DNA of 64,000 nucleotides from Felis catus. Its lineage: Eukaryota. The DNA lies in assembly GCF_018350175.1 (NCBI RefSeq), contig NC_058370.1, positions 83,266,001 through 83,330,000 on the forward strand. Direction: 5' to 3'. The notes under the pieces were generated by a model. That model saw nothing but the letters and a program-made list of their open reading frames with translations. It ran no database searches and was not told the DNA's origin. A program made the translations under genes and the position numbers. Below are positions 26,066 through 37,444 of this stretch, piece by piece (position 1 is the first letter of the stretch; every line of letters starts with the position of its first letter).

Positions 26066-26436
26066 TTTTTTAATTTTACTTTTTTTAAAATTTACATTCA
26101 AATTAGCATGTAACGCAACAATTTCAGGAGTAGATTCCTTAATGTCCCATACCCATTTAGCCTACCCCCCCTGCCACAACCTCTCTAGTAACCCTCTGTT
26201 TGTTTTCCATATTTAAGAGTCTCTTATGTTTTGTCCCCCTCCCTGTTGTTATATTATTTTTGTTTCCCTTCCCTTATGTTCATCTGTTTTGTCTCTTAAA
26301 GTCCTCAGGTGAGTGAAGTCATATGATTTTTGTCTTTCTCTGACCAACTAATTTCACTTAGCATAATTCCTCCAGTTCCATCCACGTAGTTGCAAATGGC
26401 AAGATTTCGTTCTTTTTGATTGCTGAGTAATACTCC

Positions 26437-26476
<40 letters not shown>

Positions 26477-26724
26477 CACACACACATACACACCACATCT
26501 TCTTTATCCATACATCCATCGATGGACGTTTGGGCCCTTTCCATACTTTGGCTATTGTTGATAGTGCTGCTATAAACATTGGGGTGCATATGTCCCTTTG
26601 AAACAGCACACCTGTATCCCTTGGATAAATGCCTAGTAGTGCAGTTGCTGGGTTGTAGGGTAGTTCTGTTTTTACTTTTTTGAAGAACCTCCATACTGTT
26701 TTCCAGAGTGGTTGCACCAGCTTG
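26066..26724 (-). mobile_element. 5'-truncated carnivore/felid L1 (ORF2 C-terminus plus 3'UTR)
   Basis: ORF 26358-26717 reads [39 protein letters not shown]; T-rich tail; internal (TG)n. Confidence 0.95.
26439..26492. repeat. (TG)n/(CA)n microsatellite inside L1
   Basis: Direct observation. Confidence 0.95.
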
Positions 26725-27244
26725 ATTTTGCAATGAGTATCTCTTCTTAACAGGTAAAGGCTGAGATAGTTTCAGAGATAAATTTTAGCATACCTCTAAG
26801 GGCTGGGTAATCTTTCCCTTATACAAATATTTCAGATGGTGATAAAAGAGGGAATGCTACTGAATGCATTTAGAGCACATTGTTAGCAAAAAAATGGATA
26901 AGGGAATAATAAGAAAAGGAAATTGTAGAATTGTAGAGCATTTTTTATAAGAATTATAGAAGCACTTCCCCCCCTCCCCCCAACTTGATTGAATGTAACA
27001 GAATTTTTAAAAAATGGTACATCATGACTAAGGTTTATCTGGAATGAAAATAATAAGAAAATCTATTAATGTAACATTCTATTATCAGATAAAAAGAGAA
27101 AAGCCATTTAGTCTGCTCCATAGATACAGAATTATTCAGTTTATTCAGTACTCATTGATGATAATAATTATGAGAAAAGTAGGAAAAGAATGGGCTCTTT
27201 TTTAACTTGATGAAGGTAAGGTGATCTTTAAAAAACTCCCAGTG

Positions 27245-27457
27245 AGGGTCACCTGGGTGGCTCAGTCGGTTAAACATCTGACTTTGGCTTAGGTCATGAT
27301 CTTGTGGTTTGTGGGTTCAAGCCCCATGTTGGGCTGTGCTGAGAGCTCAGAGGCTGAAGCCTGCTTCAGATTCTGTATCTCCTCTCTCTCTTGGTCCCTC
27401 CCTTGGTCACATTTGTCTCTCTTTCTCTATAAAAAATAAACGTTAAGAAAAAAAAAT
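27245..27457 (+). mobile_element. Can-SINE inserted in the ancient L1
   Basis: cacctgggtggctcagtcggttaa head, CT tract, aataaacgttaagaaaa tail. Confidence 0.93.
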
Positions 27458-27745
27458 CTAGTGAGCCTAATATTTACTGGTAAAACTTCAGAAATCTCTC
27501 CATCAGAGTTACTGTCTGGTTTCTATTAACATTTTGCTGGAGTTATAGCCACTGCAGAACAAGGAGGAGAAAAAAGAAGTAAGAACTTAAAAGGAAAAAG
27601 TAAAATTGTGTTTTGAGGCAATATGATTGCCTACATTGAAAATTCAAGACAATCTGCAGACGATTTGTAGAAATAGGAAGAGTTAAATAAAGTTGTTAAA
27701 TCACAAATCAATACACAAAATCAACAGTGTTTCTCAATTCCATTA

Positions 27746-27921
27746 TTCCTGAACTTTCATAAAACCAAGATTCTTAATTTATCTATGTAAAGGCATTGTA
27801 GAGGCTGTTTAAGTGCTGTAAACTTAAACAGGTACTAGAAGAAAAGTTTTGGAGTAAAGGGCAAAAAGTCAAATGGTCAGAAGAAGCCATCCATTGTAGA
27901 GATCATCAAACAGTAGTACCA
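27746..27921 (+). repeat. Diverged direct copy of unique sequence 36186-36358
   Basis: Shared blocks ctttcataa, gtgctgt, cttaaacaggtactagaa, aagggca, gtcaaat, tcagaag, gccatc, agagatcatcaaacag in the same order and spacing. Confidence 0.9.
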
Positions 27922-28175
27922 ATTACCAATTATGATAGGAAAGGATCCTAGTTATGAAAGCAACAACATCTGAGTTAGAAACAATTATAACTCTATAGGA
28001 ATATGCAAAAAGCGACATTTTTTTTGGAGAATTTTACTGTACATTATTTAAATGCATAAAAGACTTGAGTAAATGTAGAATTTTAACATGTTCTGGAATG
28101 GGAATATTTAGTATCAAAGATCTTAATTTCTTCCAGATTAATGTATAAATTCAATGGTATTATAATGAAATTCTG

Positions 28176-31100
28176 TTTTTTTAAATTGCATATGTAAATG
28201 AAATATGTGGTATTTGTTTTTCTCTATTTGACTTATCTCAGTTATCATAATACCCTCAAGGTCCATCCATGTTATCACAAATTGCAAGACTTCATTCTTT
28301 ATGGCTGAGTAGTATTCTTTTGTATACATACCATGTCTTCTTTATCCATTCATCCATAGATGAACATTTAGATCATTTCTATATCTTGGCTATTCTGAAT
28401 AATACTACAGTGAGCACAAGGATGCATATATCTTTTCCAATTAGTGTTTTAATCTCNNNNNNNNNNNNNNNNNNNNNNNNNNNNNNNNNNNNNNNNNNNN
28501 NNNNNNNNNNNNNNNNNNNNNNNNNNNNNNNNNNNNNNNNNNNNNNNNNNNNNNNNNNNNNNNNNNNNNNNNNNNNNNNNNNNNNNNNNNNNNNNNNNNN
28601 NNNNNNNNNNNNNNNNNNNNNNNNNNNNNNNGTCTTCTAATAGCCATTCTGACAGGTGTAAGGTGATATCTCATTGTGGTTCTGATTTGCATTTCTGTGA
28701 AGATTAGTGATGTTAGGTATTTTTTCATGGGTCTGATGGCCATATGTATGTTCTGGTTGGCAAAATGTCTGTTCAGATCCTCTGCCCATTTTTATTCAGG
28801 TTTTTTTGTTGTGTTCTATGAATTCTTTATGTATTTTGGATATTAGTGCCTTATTAGATGTACAATTTGCAACTATCTTCTCCTATTCTGTAGGTTGTCT
28901 TTTCATTTTGTTGATGATTTCCTTCACAGTGCAGAAGCATTTTAGTTTAGTCTCAATAGTTTATTTGTGCTTTTGTTTCCCTTGCTTTTGGAGCAGATCC
29001 AAAAAAACTGTTTCTAAGCCTGATACCAAAAAGCTTACTGCCTCTGTTTTCTTCTAGGAATTTTGTGGTTTCAGGTATTACACTAAAGTCTTTAATCCAT
29101 TTTTGAATTCACTTTTGTATATGGTGCAAGATAATGGTCCATTTACATTCTTTTGCATGTATCTGTCCAGTTTTTCCAGCAGCATTTATTGAAAAGACTG
29201 TCCTTTCCCCATTGTATGTTCTTACCTTCTTTGTCACAGATTAATAAGTTAATTGACCCTGTATGTGTGGGTTTATTTTTGGACTCTCTGTTCCATTGAT
29301 CTGTGTGTGTTTTTATGCCACTACCATAATGTTTTGTTTGCTACAGCTTTGTAGTAGATCTCAAAATGTGTGACTGTGATACTTTAAGCTTTGCTCTTCT
29401 TTTCCAAATTGTTTTGGCTCTTCAGGGTTTTTGTTGTTCTAAACAAATTTTAGAATTACTTGAATTATTATTATTTGAGTTCTTTGAAAAATATTGTTGG
29501 AGTTTTGATAGAGGTTGCATTGGATCTGTAAATTGCTTTGGATAGTATGGGCATTTTAACAATACTAATTTTTCTAGTCCATAAGTACAGGTTATTTTTC
29601 CATGTATTTGTACCACCTTCAGTTTCTTTTATCAACATTTTGTAGTTTCCAGTGTGTAGATCTTTCACCAACTTGCTTGAATTTATTCATGGCTATTTTG
29701 TTCTTTTTGATGTGATTGTGAGATTTTTTCTGACTTCTCTTTCTTATAGTTTGTTATTAGTGCAACAGACTGTATATAATTTTGTATCCTGCATCTTTTG
29801 TTTTTTTATTTTATTCATTCACTAGTGGTAACAGTTTTTTGGTGAAGTTGTTAGGGTTTTCTATATATAGTACCATATTATCTGTAAATAATGATGGTTA
29901 TACTATTTCCCTTCCAATTTGCCTTTTGTTTCTTTTTCTTGCCTAATTTCTGTGGCTTGGACTTCTCATACTATGTTTANNNNNNNNNNNNNNNNNNNNN
30001 NNNNNNNNNNNNNNNNNNNNNNNNNNNNNNNNNNNNNNNNNNNNNNNNNNNNNNNNNNNNNNNNNNNNNNNNNNNNNNNNNNNNNNNNNNNNNNNNNNNN
30101 NNNNNNNNNNNNNNNTACCTACCCTGTTGAGATTTTTAAATTATAAATAGATGTTGAATTTTGTCATCTCCTTTTTCTGCATCTATTGAGACGATCATGA
30201 TTTTCATCTTTCACTTCAGTAATGTATATTATGTTGATTGATGGATGTTGAACCATCTTTGCATTCCTGGAATAAATCCCACTTGATTGGNNNNNNNNNN
30301 NNNNNNNNNNNNNNNNNNNNNNNNNNNNNNNNNNNNNNNNNNNNNNNNNNNNNNNNNNNNNNNNNNNNNNNNNNNNNNNNNNNNNNNNNNNNNNNNNNNN
30401 NNNNNNNNNNNNNNNNNNNNNNNNNNNNNNNNNNNNNNNNNNNNNNNNNNTTTGGAAACTTTCCCTTCTCTTCAGTTTTTTGGAAGAGTTTGGTAAGGAC
30501 AGGTATTAAATGTTTGAATGTTTGGTAGAATTCATCAGTGAGGCTGTCTGGTCCTGGAATTCTGTTTATTGGGAGGTTTTTTTGATTACTGGGTTAGTCT
30601 CCTTACTCTAGTAATTAGTGTATTCAGATTTTCTGTTTCTTTATGATTCAGTCTTTGTAGGAATTTACCCATTTCTTCCAGTTTGTCCAATTTGTTGGTC
30701 TATTGTTCATAGTATTCTCTTATGGTCCTTTGTACTTATGTACTATCAGTTGTAACCTCTCATCTTTGATTTTTTTTTAAATATGAAATTTATCGTCAAA
30801 TTGGTTTTCCTACAATACCCAGTGTTCATCCGAACAGGTGCTCTCCTCAATACCCATCACTCACCCTCAATCACCTCCCATCAACCCTCAGTTTGTTTTC
30901 AGTTTTTAAGAGTCTTTTATGGTTTGGCTCCCTCCCTCTCTAACCTTTTTTTTTTTCCTTCTTCTCCCCCATGGTCTTCTGTTAAGTTTCTCAGGGTCCA
31001 CATAAGAGTGAAAACATATGGTATCTGTTTTTCTCTGTATGGCTTATTTCATTTAGCATAACACTCTCCAGTTCCATCCACATTGCTCTAAAAGGCCATA

Positions 31101-33097
31101 TTTCATTCTTTCTCATTGCAATGTAGTAGTCCATTGTGTATATAAACCACAATTTCTTTATCCATTCATCAGTTGATGGACATTTAGGCTGTTTCCATAA
31201 TTTGGCTATTGTTGAAAGTGCTGCTATGAACATTGGGGTACAAGTGCCCCTATGCATCAGCACTCCTGTATCCCTTGGGTAAATTCCTAGCAGTGCTATG
31301 GCTGGGTCATAGGGTAGATCTATTTTTAAGTTTGATTTTTTATTTTATTTATTGGAGACCTCTTTTTTTCTTGATGATTTTAGCTAAAGGTTTGTCAATT
31401 TTGTTTATCTTTCAAAGATCCAGCTCCTAGTTGCATTTATCTTCCTATTGCCTTTTTAGTCTCTATTTCATTTATTTATGCTCCAATCTTTTATTTCCTT
31501 CCTTCTACTAACTTTGGGTTTTGTTTGTTGTTTTCATTACGTTAGGTGTGAAGTCAAATTATTTGAGATTTCTCTTTTGAAGAAGGCCTGTATTGCTGTG
31601 ATCTTCCCTCTTAGAACCACTTTCATTGCATTCCATAGAGTTTGTATGTCATGTTTCTGTTTTCATTTGTGTCTAGAAATTGAAAAGAAAATTCTTTTTT
31701 GATTTTTTTTTTTTACAACCCAGTAGTTGCTCAGTAACATGTAGTTTAATCTCCACATATTTGTAGGTTTTCCAGTTTTCTTCTAATTGATTTAAAATTT
31801 TATATCATTGGAGTCAGAAAAGATGCTTGATATAATAGCAATCTTGAATTTATTGAGACTTGTTTTCTGGCCCAATATCTGATCTGTCCTGGCAAATGTT
31901 CCATGTGCACTTGAGAAGAATGTGTATTGTGCTTTCGGATGTAATGTTCTGTGTGTGTCTGTTAAGTCCATCTTGTTTAATATGTTGTTAAGGCGAATGT
32001 TTCCTCATATGATCAATCCATTATTGTAAGGGGGAGGGTGTTAAAATTCCCTACTATTTTTGTAATACTGTCGATTTCTCCCTTTAGGTCTGTCAATATT
32101 TACTTTATAATTTTGGTGCTTCTATTTTGGGTGCATATATATTTATAAATGTTATTTTCTTGCTGGATTGACACCTTGATCATTATGTAGTGCCCCTTTT
32201 TAAAGCCTTTTATTACAGTCTTTGTTTCAAAGTCTATTTTGTCTTACATGAATATAGCTACACAAGCTTTTTCATTTCCTTTTCTTGGATTATCTCTTTT
32301 CATTCCTTTCACTTTCAGTCTCTGTGTCCATCCTTCTGAAGTGAGTCTCTTGTAGGCTATGTATAGAGGTGTCTTGTGTTTTTTTTTTTAAACCCATTCA
32401 GCTACTCTGCGTCTTCTGATTGGAGAATTTAGTTCATTTACATTTAAAGGAATTATTGATGTGTATGTATTTATTGCCATTTTATTAATTGTCTTCTGGC
32501 TTTTTTTTGTAATTATTCTGTCTTCTCTTTGTGTCCTCTCATGTGGTTAGATGATTTTTTTTTTTAGGTTCCTTTCTCATTTTCTTATGTGTATTTTCTA
32601 TAAGCTTTTGCTCTGTGGTTACTGTGAGGTTATTTGCATCTTCCTATGTATGTAACAGTTTACTTTAAGTTGACAGCAACTTAAATTTGAATACATTCCA
32701 AAGTTGTACATTTTTACCCCCTCCCATATTTTTTTTGATGTTACTTTTTACATTTTTTATTTTTTATGTATCTCTTATCTAATTATTGTAGCTTTTGTTA
32801 ATTTTACAGTAGTTTTAACTTATTAGAAACTTGGTGATTATTACCTTTACTATATATTTTTCTTTTCCAGTGAGACTTTTACTTTGATGTTGTCTTGTTA
32901 ATTAGTTCCTTTTCTTGCAGCTTAAAGAAGTCCCTTTAATATTACTTGTAAGATAACCTTGGTAGTGATGCCCAGGAGCTCATCTCTCTGGTGAAGATCT
33001 AGAGGTCAGAGTGCACCATGTGGGGTACCGTCTCATTGCTCCTTCAGAATAGCCTGTCTGGCGAGGTCCCTCCTTATTGAGTGCTCCACACTTAAGA

Positions 33098-33131
<34 letters not shown>

Positions 33132-33320
33132 GTGAGACCGTGTCTCTCTCCAACCCATCTTAATGTGTGGTCCTTTTATCCTTTGTTATGGAGAGCATTT
33201 CATCTTCTTTTAAGATTTTTTTTTTCAGAGGGAAATGATCCATATGAAACTGGATTTGGTGTGTCTATGGGAGGAGGCCATTCAGGATCTTCTGTGTTGC
33301 AATCTTGGACCCCCACCCCT
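28176..33320 (-). mobile_element. Intermediate-age L1 (L1MA/L1_Carn-like), internally deleted, retaining a 5'UTR end
   Basis: ORF2 peptides EYYSAIKNE (28138-28329), [14 protein letters not shown] (28441-28743) and IVKMPILSKAIYR (29471-29671). 5'-terminus-like gtgtgtctatgggaggagg..caatcttgg at ~33260-33310. Contains three N-runs. Confidence 0.88.
30775..31330 (-). mobile_element. Young felid L1 3' end nested in the older L1
   Basis: ORF 30991-31263 reads HRGTCTPMFIAALSTIAKLWKQPKCPSTDEWIKK; TSD tttgattttt at 30765-30774 and 31331-31340. Confidence 0.95.
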
Positions 33321-34680
33321 CAAAATTTTAAAAGAAAACTTTTGATAATATCTTTGTGACTTTGAAGTTTGGGAGTGTCTCTTAAATTAGATGCAAAAAG
33401 CACAAATCATAAAGAAGTATTTGGTAATTTGACACATGTAGAACATGTATAATGTACATATATACATTTACATATGTATGTGTGTATACTTCTGAAAAAT
33501 GACATACACAATGAATGAATTGGAAAGATAAGCTAAAGACTGGAGGAAGATATTTGCAATGCATAAAGATGATAAGGAATTTGCATCCTTTGAAACAAAG
33601 AGAGACAGAAGGCTATGACATGCTGTGTTGGATTCCTGGGTCTGGAATCACTTATTAACTGTTACCTTAAACAAGTTATTTAACTTCTTGACCTCATTTT
33701 TTTTTACTTTTAAAAATAGGAATAACAATCTTACCTACTTGTTAGTGTTCTGGGTTGTGAGGAGTAAATCAGTTAACATATGTAAATCACGAAGAGTAAT
33801 GTTTTTTAATTAGTAAGCACCCCCAAAATGTTATTACTTACTAATATTATTCAGAATATATTGAAATTAATCAATGAGACTAACAATCCAATAGAAAAGT
33901 GTACAATGGATATGAATTAGTAATAAAGGAATTCCGTATGGCTGATAAATATATTAAAAGATGCTCACTATCTCTGGGAATTTGGAAACTGCACACTAAA
34001 ACAATAGTGAGGTATGAGTTTATGCCCATCTAGCTGACAAAAATCCAAAAGTCTGACATTGTAAGGGTATAGAACCATGTGAGCTCTTTTAAGTTGCTGT
34101 TGTGAGTGTAAATTTCCAAAAATTATGTAGCCAATTGAGAGAACAATTGTGTAAAAATAGTTATTGAAGTCTTGAATATAAAGTAACAATGAAGAATTGG
34201 AAACAACCTAAATACCCACAAAAGGGCGCAGATGAATTGTTACATGTTTATGTTAATAAAGTAAAATACAGAATAACTCTCGAAAATAAAGTATTGCTAC
34301 ATTTACGATAAATCTCAAAACTTAAATATGTATTTAAAAAAGCAAGTTAAAGGTGACATACAGTTTAGATACCATTTATATACAAATTTAAAACATGAAA
34401 AACAATGTCATATATTAATGGATACATGTATAAATAGTAAACGAGAGAAAAAGTTGAGCAGTAAACTCCAAATTTAAGATACTGATTTTCTCTGAGGAAG
34501 GCATTTGGATGTGGGTACTCAGTTTGAAGCATATTTATAATTTGCTATTTCTTTGAAATGAAAAAAATGTGAAACAAATATGGCAAAGTGTAAATGTTCA
34601 AGTTGGAGATGGGTGGGTGAGGACTATGCCATTATTCTGTTTTCCTATGTGTTTGAAATATTTCATAAAGTGAAAAAAAA
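33321..34680 (+). mobile_element. Ancient L1, 3' part (continuation of 23080-28175)
   Basis: aatatctttgtgac..aaaagcacaaatcataaag, gactggaggaagatatttgcaatgcata, aattggaaacaacctaaata, followed by old-L1 3'UTR text. Confidence 0.8.
33600..33845 (+). mobile_element. MIR inserted within the ancient L1
   Basis: cacttattaactgttaccttaaacaagttatttaacttct..gggttgtgaggagtaaatcagttaacatatgtaaatcac..agtaagcac. Confidence 0.8.
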
Positions 34681-36499
34681 GGATATCTGAAGTTTACACA
34701 AATATATATGTATACATGCACATTTATTTTTTAAAGATCCTTCTCTTTCAAAATTTATAGCATACTAAAGTAAATGACACAGGTATGTTAGAATTTGGTT
34801 CTTTATGCTAACATTATGATAAACTCACATGTAACTTTACATGACCCAATAAAGCTAACAAATTAAGCTGTTTAAGCATTTTCCTTACTTTGAGTCATTA
34901 TTCCTTTAAACATAGTGAGTCTCACTAATCAGATTGATCACAAACTAAAATTTATTTATGTTTCAATGATGCTCAGATCTCAGGAACTGAACCATAAGCC
35001 CCTTACATGGTCTCTCAAGGAGATAACTTGAACAAAGGATTGCAAACATGCAGTACTTAATATTTCTATGTTGAAATATGGGAAAAGAATTATGAAAAGA
35101 GATGGAATAAGAGAGAAGGGGCACAGGGAACCCAGTGCTGGTCTGGTGCAAGAACACACAAGAACACTGCTGGCAGCAGGAGGTACTAGGACTGGTTCTA
35201 TCTTGGCTCTTCCCACCATGTCCATATTTCTCATTTATAAATGAGGGATAGGCTTTGCTCCCAACAGTGCATTGAAACTCTTAAATTCTGTGATTCTACC
35301 AATACAGCACATGCTTTTTTTTCTGTGCCATTTTCAAAAGGAGATGTAATTTGGTAAAATTATGTGCCCACATCTATATGCTTGGAACTATTAGTAGTAT
35401 GTTGAATGTTCAGTATTATTTACCTTTCTACTTGAGACTTTTTTCACTTCAGTCTGCTCTGCAGTGCACACTCAATCCAAGACATGTATTTGATTCATTA
35501 AACTAAATGCACATGTGACTTGTCCTTGAATGATCTTGGTATTCTCATAACTTTCCATTTTTCTGTGGGGTGGATAAGAGTTGGTGTGACCTTAAAAAAA
35601 TGGCTGCCAAGTGCACCTGCATTAGCTCTTTAACTACTTGCTTCTTAGTGAGAATGTAAATTATGTGCATTTTTGAGAACTTAGCTCTATAAATAGACCC
35701 CAACCTATCTTACGACCAAAGGTATTTTAAGATAAATGAAATACATTTCTGAAATTGTTAAAGAGGCTCCCCTTGTATAATAAAAAGTAAAAATAAAACC
35801 TGTCTAACTTAATATTAGGGTTATATTAGAAACGGGCCAACATGCTTAGAATTATATATACAGAGAGAGATATATTGGTGATGGTGATGATGACCCTTTT
35901 GTTCTCAGCTATTAGAAGTAAGTAGAATATATAGTAATTAAAATAACAGAATTCTGGGAAATGGTGGAATGAGAAATTAAAAGCTGTGATATAGTTTTAC
36001 ATTCTTGTGGAAATCCATTGATCATAATTAGCACATAAGCTAAATCAGAATGAATGAATAGATTCTAAAGTACAGGCATAATATTGTAGGTTATGGGTAA
36101 TGTCTTTTCTTTTTGTTTAATGGATATATGATTGGTTCTCAAATGCTGTTCAACTAGTAATGGAAATGGGTTTCCCTTAAAAGCCTTCTAGGCTTTCATA
36201 ACACCAGGACATTAGGGTTTTCTTCAAGCATGATGTAGACACAGTGTATGTGCTGTCACCTTAAACAGGTACTAGAATAGACAGCTTTGGGGTGAAGGGC
36301 AGAGGTCAAATAATCAGAAGTGGCCATCTATTGCAGAGATCATCAAACAGGCATACCATCAATGGACTCAGGCGAGAATGTTAGAAATTAATCCATTCGC
36401 CTTTCACTGTTTAGCCAAGGCTGATTATAAATGCCCTGGAATGTGAACAAGTGTTGACAGGCCTGAGAAACTGAAGTAATGGGAGTCCATTGTCAACAA

Positions 36500-36655
36500 N
36501 NNNNNNNNNNNNNNNNNNNNNNNNNNNNNNNNNNNNNNNNNNNNNNNNNNNNNNNNNNNNNNNNNNNNNNNNNNNNNNNNNNNNNNNNNNNNNNNNNNNN
36601 NNNNNNNNNNNNNNNNNNNNNNNNNNNNNNNNNNNNNNNNNNNNNNNNNNNNNNN
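36500..36655. other. N-run (156 nt) in unique sequence
   Basis: Direct observation. Confidence 0.99.
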
Positions 36656-37157
36656 GAGGGCTTTTCCATCTCAGGGAAGTGATGAGTAGTGGTGGCCTCT
36701 GTCATGTTCCCTTCACCTACACAGTGTCATCTCTTGCCTTCTCAAGGTGAACACTGCTAAGCATCAGCTGAAGGAGGATTTGGGGGGAGCATTTAAGGAA
36801 ATGACTGCCTCTTGTTAGAGATGTGCTATGCTGGCTGGAAGGCAAATGGACAACTGTGTCTGTGGTCTCAGGAGGAAACATTGAAGGCAGGGTCAAAACA
36901 GAGTAAGATGATGGTTCCCTCACACTCCCCAAGATACTTAAAAGTACCATGTGAGTATTTATTACTGTCAGGATGTGAGGACTGCATAATAGTGAGGGTC
37001 TTCTTTATTTTTCTGGATTTAAGTCAGTGAGAGTTCAAGAAACAGACAAAAAATATGTAGGAAGCAATTTAGGGATGGAAGAATAAGCTAAGGTTTTACA
37101 CAGGCTATTAATGGCATGGGTCCAGTCTTGGCTTAATGTGGCAGAGACACAGATTTC

Positions 37158-37246
37158 AATGTATGTGTGAGCACGTGCAAGTGTGTACATGCATGTGTGT
37201 GGTATGTACATGTGTATGTGTGTGTGTGCACGTATGTGTGTATATA
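37158..37246. repeat. Degenerate (TG/CA/TA) alternating purine-pyrimidine tract
   Basis: Direct observation. Confidence 0.85.
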
Positions 37247-37303
37247 GGGATGAGAATACGAAAAGCAAGGGACTGTCAGGATAAGCACTTTCTGAAACTT
37301 ATG

Positions 37304-37444
37304 NNNNNNNNNNNNNNNNNNNNNNNNNNNNNNNNNNNNNNNNNNNNNNNNNNNNNNNNNNNNNNNNNNNNNNNNNNNNNNNNNNNNNNNNNNNNNNNNN
37401 NNNNNNNNNNNNNNNNNNNNNNNNNNNNNNNNNNNNNNNNNNNN
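37304..37444. other. N-run (141 nt) in unique sequence
   Basis: Direct observation. Confidence 0.99.

Larger units (their letters stand above)
23080..28175 (+). mobile_element. Ancient L1 (L1M-type), 5' part: 5'UTR, ORF1 and ORF2 relics
   Basis: A-rich + strand. ORF1-like text at ~23800-24700 (ccagaagaagagaatgg..agaagcaatgttggaagaaataa) and ORF2-like text at 24950-28175 (atatgattgcctacattgaaaat, aaatcaatacacaaaatcaa). Interrupted by younger insertions. Confidence 0.8.
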
